Below are positions 57,505-64,000 of a stretch of DNA of 64,000 nucleotides, in pieces. The notes below the pieces were generated by a model. It was not told where the DNA came from, made no database searches, and was given only the letters and a program-made list of their open reading frames with translations. The stretch is taken from contig DATKGN010000003.1 of the NCBI GenBank assembly GCA_035510735.1, positions 14,208 through 78,207 of the forward strand, in the 5' to 3' direction. Made by a program: the position numbers and the translations under genes. The DNA comes from Patescibacteria group bacterium (lineage in GTDB: Bacteria; Patescibacteriota; Microgenomatia; UBA10105; UBA927). The stretch's first letter is position 1; every line of letters begins with the position of its first letter.

Positions 57505-58512
57505 ATGAAGAAGAAACAATTCCCATATCTTGAAATCAATGGAACACACAGGGATATTGGGCGGGCTATTGGTGAAACATTTCGTAATCAGATTACTTCA
57601 CGTATCGACAAGCGAAAGCAATTCATACAAAATTACAATACATATATTCAATCAACGTACCCGTACTTTATCGCGACACTCAAAGCATTTCCTCAGTATA
57701 TTGATGAGATTACCGGGGTTGCACAGGGCGCACGAATTTCAGTTACAGATTATTTTTTCTTAAATAATCCCGAAGTTTATCCTGATATTGATGATATAGA
57801 CGGAGGCGTCATTCATGAACATTGCACAACAGTCGTAAGCCGTAACGAATCCGGACTTACCATCGGTCATACGGAGGACTGGTTCTCACAGGGAATCGAT
57901 GACCTTTTTGTGTTAAAGGCTACGGTCTGCGGAACAACTTTTCTCTGTCTTGATTATGCGTCATTCATATCCGGTTCTTCCGCTTCCTTGAATTCCTTCG
58001 GTATTGCTCAATGCATAAACGATCTTCATAGCCATTCCGGAGTCGGAATACCCGTGTATTTTGCTGCCCGTGGTGTGCTCGAATGTCGCACACTTAAAGA
58101 TGCCGAGAATTTACTTCGCCGCAATCGTTGGGCATCGGGATTCAATCACGTTCTCGGACAGGGGCGTACGATCTCTGATATTGAGTGCACAGCTCAGGCA
58201 GTTGATGCGAGCTATATTCAATCAGATATATACGCACATACAAATCATTTTTTATCTCCCCGCATGCGGCAATATGAATCCATGCGGTCTGAAAGTTCAG
58301 TCGCGCGGTATATGCGTGCTTCAAGTCTCGTTACGTCGGGCATGCGGTTTTCTGATATTCAAACCATAGTATCTGATACATCAAATAAACAATTTCCCAT
58401 CAATAAACCTGACGAAACAATAGCTGCGGTTATCATTGAACCCACTAAACGAACACTTTCCGTATGCCGTGGCCGCCCGAGTGAAGGCACATTTGTTTCG
58501 TATACCCTTTAG
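57505..58512 (+). CDS. C45 family autoproteolytic acyltransferase/hydrolase
   Basis: EI.G.A.G, HCTT nucleophile, GHTED, NSFG, AHTNHF, SS..R..R. Confidence 0.8.
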   Translation: MKKKQFPYLEINGTHRDIGRAIGETFRNQITSRIDKRKQFIQNYNTYIQSTYPYFIATLKAFPQYIDEITGVAQGARISVTDYFFLNNPEVYPDIDDIDGGVIHEHCTTVVSRNESGLTIGHTEDWFSQGIDDLFVLKATVCGTTFLCLDYASFISGSSASLNSFGIAQCINDLHSHSGVGIPVYFAARGVLECRTLKDAENLLRRNRWASGFNHVLGQGRTISDIECTAQAVDASYIQSDIYAHTNHFLSPRMRQYESMRSESSVARYMRASSLVTSGMRFSDIQTIVSDTSNKQFPINKPDETIAAVIIEPTKRTLSVCRGRPSEGTFVSYTL

Positions 58513-58566
58513 TTTCTGCTACAATAAGTAGGCTCGGGTCGCCTCATAGGGGACCCACAGAAGAGG

Positions 58567-58640
58567 CGGGACGTAGTTCAGTTGGCTAGAACGCACGCTT
58601 TGGGAGCGTGAGGTCGGCAGTTCAAGTCTGCCCGTCCCGA
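58567..58640 (+). tRNA. tRNA-Pro(TGG)
   Basis: CGGGACG/CGTCCCG, CACGC-TT-TGG-GA-GCGTG. Confidence 0.95.
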
Positions 58641-58671
58641 CATATTTTCTAGAATAATTGGTTATCAATTC

Positions 58672-59715
58672 ATGGCATCCGACATTTTCATTTACAAAAA
58701 AGAAATAAACCGAACAATGGCACATTTTTTGGACGAAAAGTGTGTATCGTTGTCGCGTACTAATCCTTGGGCCAAAGACAGTATTAATAGACTCCGACTA
58801 TTTGCAACTGGCGGCAAAAGCGTCAGAGGTAATCTTCTTATCCATATTGCTCACTCATATGGAGCGCCTGTGACAGAGGATCTTTTTTCCTGTGCTGCAG
58901 CAGTTGAGCTTTTTCACAGCGGATTTCTTATTCACGATGACATTATGGATAATGATCGGTTGCGTCGGGGGCAAGACACTCTATTTGTTCAATATGAAAA
59001 AGAAGCAAGTTCAACAATTGCAAAAATCTCCCAATTTGGACAATCAATGGCCATATGTATCGCGGATGCATCGTTTTTCCTCGCCAATGAGCTTCTATCA
59101 CAACTCAAAGATACTGAGTTCACCCCGCGCTTACTCGGTAAAATGTCTCAGGAGTTTACCCGCGTTTGCCTAGCGCAAATGCAGGATGTTTCATTTGGAT
59201 TATCGACTCGTGTTCCCGAAGAGGAGGAAATTCTCTCGATGTATCGATGTAAAACAGCACGATATACGTTCTCTCTCCCTTTTACTATTGGCGCCATAAT
59301 TGCTCACGTAACCGAGCCTGAACAGTCAATTCTTGAACATCTTGGTGAAGAATTAGGCATCCTTTTCCAAATTCATGATGATATGCTTAACTTGTTCGGC
59401 GATACAAAACAAACAGGTAAACCGGTTGGCTCTGATTTACGGGAACAGAAGAAAACGCTCGCGTACGTAAGTCTCTATGCTGCCATCACAAAAGAAGAGC
59501 GGCTCCAATTCCAACGACTAGGACAGAAACCCGATGATTTTATGGCATATGTCTATGGACTTTTGGCAAAATATCATATAAAAGAACTAATGCAGGAAAA
59601 AGAAAACCGGTACGCTGAAAACGCAGGAAGATTGATTACGGAACTATCACTTCCGCAAAGGGAAAAAAATATAATGCACGATCTCATTGAATTTGTTCGA
59701 CAACGATCTAATTGA
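58672..59715 (+). CDS. Polyprenyl synthetase
   Basis: GGKSVR, LIHDDIMD....RRG, KTARYT, FQIHDD, GK..GSDL.E.K.T. Confidence 0.9.
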   Translation: MASDIFIYKKEINRTMAHFLDEKCVSLSRTNPWAKDSINRLRLFATGGKSVRGNLLIHIAHSYGAPVTEDLFSCAAAVELFHSGFLIHDDIMDNDRLRRGQDTLFVQYEKEASSTIAKISQFGQSMAICIADASFFLANELLSQLKDTEFTPRLLGKMSQEFTRVCLAQMQDVSFGLSTRVPEEEEILSMYRCKTARYTFSLPFTIGAIIAHVTEPEQSILEHLGEELGILFQIHDDMLNLFGDTKQTGKPVGSDLREQKKTLAYVSLYAAITKEERLQFQRLGQKPDDFMAYVYGLLAKYHIKELMQEKENRYAENAGRLITELSLPQREKNIMHDLIEFVRQRSN

Positions 59716-59719
59716 TTAT

Positions 59720-60154
59720 ATGAAATACAAATTCCTTTGGATTAGCGCAGCTTTACTCTTAGTCGTTGCCATCTATTATATAAAGCATCCGCTTGCGGTC
59801 CGTGTGCAGATTGACGGTCACGTGTTCGTCGTCGATGTTGCCGTCACTAATCAGGAAAAAGAACTTGGGTTAGGGAACCGCGATTATATGCCGCCCGATC
59901 ACGGCATGCTGTTTGTGTACGATCACGTCGAAGCGTATTCCTACTGGATGAAAGGGATGCGGTTTCCGCTTGATATGGTGTGGATTAAAGATAAAACGAT
60001 CGTGGATATTACGAAAAATATCCCAGTTTCCGTTAACGGAAGTTTACCTATTTACACCCCAAAAGTTCCGGTTGATAAGGTGTTGGAGCTTAATGCAGGA
60101 ACGAGCGATACATACCAGATCAAACCAGGGGACACACTCCTCATTACGTTTTGA
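59720..60154 (+). CDS. DUF192 family protein
   Basis: GL..R, GMLF, YWMK.M.FPLD, VLELNAG. Confidence 0.9.
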   Translation: MKYKFLWISAALLLVVAIYYIKHPLAVRVQIDGHVFVVDVAVTNQEKELGLGNRDYMPPDHGMLFVYDHVEAYSYWMKGMRFPLDMVWIKDKTIVDITKNIPVSVNGSLPIYTPKVPVDKVLELNAGTSDTYQIKPGDTLLITF

Positions 60155-60158
60155 CTCC

Positions 60159-61190
60159 CTAATGAGGCAATAAAGACATTTGCTGCAGATTCATGATTAT
60201 GTACTGGGCCATTTGATGTAAGCCCTCAGGATTTAAATGAGTGGGGTCATTAAATAGTGCGCTCGTAGTGGCAAAGTGGCCCTCAATATCAATAAGTGGA
60301 ATAGACTGCTGTAATGCTACCTCCTGAGTTAGTTTATTATATGATTTGGCATTAAATTGCGTTGTATGATCATCCAAATACGGACGCGTGAGAAATACGA
60401 GATGTATATGATTCGCGCGTGCCTCACGTATAATGTCCGATAAAATTTTCGCATATTCTGTAAGCGATACTCTTGGAACGAGAGGGTAATTTTTCGCCGA
60501 TTTACGCGCAAAAACATGCTTATCAATAATCGATTGCAATAATCGGGCAATCCGCGTGTGAAGAAGCAGTTGGATTTTCTCGATCTGAATAAATGAATAC
60601 TGTTCATCGGAGATCGTGACTTCATGCCCGTCGTTGCCTGAAGGACCGAAAAGTATCATTGACGGCTTATATGGTAATACTGATAAAAATCGGTGGTAAC
60701 TCTGGTATGAAGAATAGCCCCACGCACCGGCGTTTATAACCTGGTAATGTACCCCCAGTATATATTCCAAATATCCGGGCCAACTCACTTCACGACCGGT
60801 TACACGGTCATAATCACGCATACCCAGTGTGTTTGAGTCACCGATTGCGGCAATCCTGTACGTATTATCTTTGTTTGTTTCGGGAATTTCATGGCCTGGA
60901 AAACCCAAAGGGTTAAAAAATTTAATTGATTTTCCGTTTTCCTTAATGGTGTATGCGGGATTTGGCCTCCATATAAGATACGGGTCATACTCGAACGCCT
61001 GGTCCTCGAACATATGATAAAACCGCCAGTCATTTTTCAAATTTGGATCATCTCCATAGGGCGATGTTGCCAGCACCTGAATATGCATGGGATAGTAGTT
61101 ATAGTTAATAGCACGAAGAAACAGCTCGATGAGAACGAGTGCAATAATGACAGAGCCGAGAACAAGCAAACTCCGGCGAATGACGTTCAT
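60159..61190 (-). CDS. SGNH/GDSL hydrolase family protein
   Basis: IGDSNT, INAG..GY, GND, DPTH.N..G. Confidence 0.85.
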   Translation of the reverse strand: MNVIRRSLLVLGSVIIALVLIELFLRAINYNYYPMHIQVLATSPYGDDPNLKNDWRFYHMFEDQAFEYDPYLIWRPNPAYTIKENGKSIKFFNPLGFPGHEIPETNKDNTYRIAAIGDSNTLGMRDYDRVTGREVSWPGYLEYILGVHYQVINAGAWGYSSYQSYHRFLSVLPYKPSMILFGPSGNDGHEVTISDEQYSFIQIEKIQLLLHTRIARLLQSIIDKHVFARKSAKNYPLVPRVSLTEYAKILSDIIREARANHIHLVFLTRPYLDDHTTQFNAKSYNKLTQEVALQQSIPLIDIEGHFATTSALFNDPTHLNPEGLHQMAQYIIMNLQQMSLLPH

Positions 61191-61274
61191 AGGGTGTAGT
61201 ATATCCTCTTTCTTGTTCCATTCAAAAATGATTGTTATAATCCGGTAAGCAGAAGATTAAAATATTCTGCTTGC

Positions 61275-61350
61275 GCGGTAGTAGCTCAGCTGGTAGAGCA
61301 TCAGTTTTCCAAACTGAGGGTCGCGAGTTCAAATCTCGTCTACCGCTCCA
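61275..61350 (+). tRNA. tRNA-Gly(TCC)
   Basis: GCGGTAG/CTACCGC, TCAGT-TT-TCC-AA-ACTGA, encoded CCA. Confidence 0.95.
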
Positions 61351-61357
61351 ATCAATT

Positions 61358-61771
61358 TTAGAAATAAGTTCGAAGAATCAATGGAGTTAACTCGACGTCG
61401 CAAGGGATATCGGCTCCAGTTTCCTTGTCCTTCCAGCCATCCCCATCAGGAATCCACACATGTCCGCCTGCTTCCGCAAGCTTAACAAAACCTTGTTTTA
61501 TCCACGGAGTCAGTTCAATTATTTTGCCGGACGGCTCCCTAGAAGGATCCTTAAGGAACGTTATTAACAATTCATCAATATATTTATCTAAAATTACACC
61601 TCCACTCTCATTTTCATATGATCCGGTTTCGGCAACATGAAAGTCAAGTCCGGTTAACAGTCCAAAAGCCTCAACAACTCCCCTTCGGGCATCGAGACTA
61701 ATATTTACAAAAATAGATTTATCAGGCTGTTGATCTCCTGATTTGTCTGTTTCTTGTGGTAATCCTGCCAT
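61358..61771 (-). CDS. Hypothetical protein
   Basis: MAGLPQE start preceded by AGAAAGGAAA; lies between two tRNAs. Confidence 0.55.
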   Translation of the reverse strand: MAGLPQETDKSGDQQPDKSIFVNISLDARRGVVEAFGLLTGLDFHVAETGSYENESGGVILDKYIDELLITFLKDPSREPSGKIIELTPWIKQGFVKLAEAGGHVWIPDGDGWKDKETGADIPCDVELTPLILRTYF

Positions 61772-61878
61772 ATTTTCCTTTCTTGAGCAGTAAGAAGCCA
61801 TGCTACATAATGGACGAGGAAAAATCAAGTTTAGACTAATATTACTGCCTATGTTCCAACCTGATATAATATTTATGT

Positions 61879-61950
61879 GCTCCCATAGTTCAACGGATAG
61901 AACGCGTCCCTTCTAAGGATGTGATGCAAGTTCGATTCTTGCTGGGAGCG
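61879..61950 (+). tRNA. tRNA-Arg(TCT)
   Basis: GCTCCCA/TGGGAGC, CGTCC-CT-TCT-AA-GGATG; TATAAT upstream. Confidence 0.93.
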
Positions 61951-61972
61951 CTCACTAAATGAAGTAACTTGT

Positions 61973-63703
61973 ATGGTAAAAGCCTATATTTCCAAGATCG
62001 TCACGTTCCTTCTCCTGTTGTTCGTTTTTGCATACGCACGACCGGTCTTTGCAATTTCTGACCCTGCGGGCGTACCCAATAACAAATACGGCATTCATAT
62101 CGCCGATTTTAACGATATTCCTGATGTACCCGCTCTTGTAAACAGTTCAGGGGGCGATTGGGGTTACATAACGCTTGTATCGACAGACAGCGACCGCGAT
62201 CGGGGAGTCTGGCAGCGATTATTTGACGAAATGCGCAGGCTTCATGTTATCCCGATCGTGCGCTTAGCAACACATGTAGAAAATGCCGCATGGGTGAAGC
62301 CGAATCCCGGACAGTTTGACGAAATCGTCTCGTTTTTTAATTCACTGAATTGGCCCGTCCAAAACCGCTATATCATCCTTTACAATGAACCGAATCATGC
62401 GAACGAATGGGGAGGGACAATAGATCCAGAGGGATATGCTGATGATCTGGTCACCTTAGGAGGTAAATTTAAACACACATCAAACGATTTTTTTGTACTA
62501 CCCGCCGGCCTTGATGCCTCGGCAGGAACCAATAGCGAATCGCTCGATTCTTTTGCATATCTAAAAAGAATGGTTACTGCGAAACCTGAACTTTTGTCGG
62601 TTATTGATGGATGGACGTCGCATTCATACCCAAATCCGGGCTTCTCAGGGTCGCCATACGCAAGCGGCCGAGGGAGTTTAGGGACGTATAGTGTCGAACT
62701 ATCGCTCCTTCAAACACTCGGGCTTACCAAACAATTGCCTGTTTTTATAACGGAAACGGGTTGGACGCATAGCCAAGGAAAAACGTTACATACGAATTAT
62801 TTATCGCCCGAAGCCGTCGGCCAAAATCTAGTCATCGCCTCACAATCTGTGTGGACCGATAGTCGAATTGTGGCCATAACCCCATTTGTATTCAATTACC
62901 AGGATACTCCGTTTGACAATTTTTCCTGGAAGCAGCTTGGCAGCAACACGTTTTACGCTCAGTATGATGCGTATAGGAATATTCCAAAAACGGCCGGGCA
63001 TCCAATGCAGACGGAATCGTATAAACTATCCTCCGCATTACTTCCTAAATCCCTTGTTGCAAATTCAACCTATACGCTATCAACGGTCATCACCAACCAA
63101 GGTGAAGGCATTCTCAATCCATCGGACGATTACTCTCTTTTGTTTTATGACGAAAAGCAGGGTTTTTCTGTTATCGCCGATCCGCTGCCAACGCTCGAGC
63201 CCGGAGAAAAGGGGATAGTGACCCTTCATATAAAAACGCCCTACGTCGCAGGCGAATATCCAGTAAAACTCTCTTTTGTTCATGATGGACGACAGATTCC
63301 GCTTGAGAGCCGTACAATAAGTATTGTGCCGCCTCCGTCAATCCGCGTATATACCCAATTAGGCTGGCGAAGGTCGAGTAACGCAGAGGATGTCTCGGTC
63401 ATTGTCTATGACGGGGCGACGATCATTCATAAGTTAACGGGTTTATCCATTCAAAACGGTGAGGTGACCGCAAACGGTCTTGCGAACATTATTCCTGACA
63501 AAGAATACCGTGTTGTTGTGTTGGTTCCGTATTATCTGCCCAGGCAAATGGTCATCGCACTAGGTCCACAGGAGACGACAATCCACATGAAGCGATTTTA
63601 CCCGCTTGATATCGATGGCGACGGCAAATTCACCTTATCGGATGTATGGAGCTTGTTAACGAGCCCTCCGAAAAATATGCTTCAGTTGTTTGTCGGATCC
63701 TGA
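61973..63703 (+). CDS. Secreted glycoside-hydrolase-like protein (clan GH-A pattern) with Ig-like and dockerin/EF-like C-terminus
   Basis: Signal peptide, YNEPN, SHSYP, VFITETGW, DIDGDG.F.L.D. Confidence 0.7.
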   Translation: MVKAYISKIVTFLLLLFVFAYARPVFAISDPAGVPNNKYGIHIADFNDIPDVPALVNSSGGDWGYITLVSTDSDRDRGVWQRLFDEMRRLHVIPIVRLATHVENAAWVKPNPGQFDEIVSFFNSLNWPVQNRYIILYNEPNHANEWGGTIDPEGYADDLVTLGGKFKHTSNDFFVLPAGLDASAGTNSESLDSFAYLKRMVTAKPELLSVIDGWTSHSYPNPGFSGSPYASGRGSLGTYSVELSLLQTLGLTKQLPVFITETGWTHSQGKTLHTNYLSPEAVGQNLVIASQSVWTDSRIVAITPFVFNYQDTPFDNFSWKQLGSNTFYAQYDAYRNIPKTAGHPMQTESYKLSSALLPKSLVANSTYTLSTVITNQGEGILNPSDDYSLLFYDEKQGFSVIADPLPTLEPGEKGIVTLHIKTPYVAGEYPVKLSFVHDGRQIPLESRTISIVPPPSIRVYTQLGWRRSSNAEDVSVIVYDGATIIHKLTGLSIQNGEVTANGLANIIPDKEYRVVVLVPYYLPRQMVIALGPQETTIHMKRFYPLDIDGDGKFTLSDVWSLLTSPPKNMLQLFVGS

Positions 63704-63754
63704 GCTTCCGAAATCACGTTTTTTACGCTATACTATAGACATTGGTGAAGGATT

Positions 63755-63830
63755 GGTGACGTGTGCCGGACGGTTAGGCACCTCCCTGTGGAGGAGGCCA
63801 TAACGGGTTCAACTCCCGTACGTCACCCCA
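63755..63830 (+). tRNA. tRNA-His(GTG)
   Basis: G-1, GTGACGT/ACGTCAC, CCTCC-CT-GTG-GA-GGAGG, CCA. Confidence 0.93.
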
Positions 63831-64000
63831 ATTTATATTTTGAGGCTGCAATTCACCTGTTTGGATTGTTGTATTGCTCTTTTGTTAAGTTCGAACTGCG
63901 TCCATTAAACCGACCATTTGGTATTGAGTTAGCCTGTTGATACTTGACAATTACTACAATTGAGAGCAGTATGCTAAACACACTAACTTATAAAATGAAG

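Noticed and set aside
428-63283. Numerous 60-150-aa ORFs antisense or out of frame to confident genes
   Set aside because: No motifs; explained as shadow ORFs.
63741-63759. ATTGGTGA duplicated before tRNA-His
   Set aside because: Only 8 bp with no insert; could be chance, so not counted among the tRNA duplication cases.

Overview
Bacterial chromosomal segment. Gene content and order (type IV pilin, lexA-uvrB-uvrA-uvrC-holin-yvcK-secG-OppA-like, bifunctional PGI/PMI, many orphan ORFs, short palindromes, 7-8-mer arrays) suggest Patescibacteria/CPR, probably Microgenomates; this is inference. The core genes cover SOS/repair, a gluconeogenic block (ppsA, eno, FBP aldolase/phosphatase, acsA), cell-envelope genes, and 12 intact tRNAs. 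Two unusual structures stand out. (1) 6816-12541: a tandem array of six 0.74-1.5 kb cassettes ending at the 3' end of tRNA-Glu. Each cassette starts with a 93-bp unit: a near-invariant 27-nt tRNA-like core followed by a start-less 30-codon peptide tail conserved at the protein level (PLRDHIRTW...N...L...Y..L..*). One or two cargo genes follow, and no integrase is present in the window. This looks like an integron-like, tRNA-anchored cassette system built from split-integrase att sites. (2) 51481-57503: four tRNA genes each have an adjacent partial duplicate whose D- or T-loop is interrupted by palindromic mini-elements. In one case an intact tRNA-Gln is nested in the anticodon loop of a broken tRNA-Gln. 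All calls were made by eye, with no database searches.
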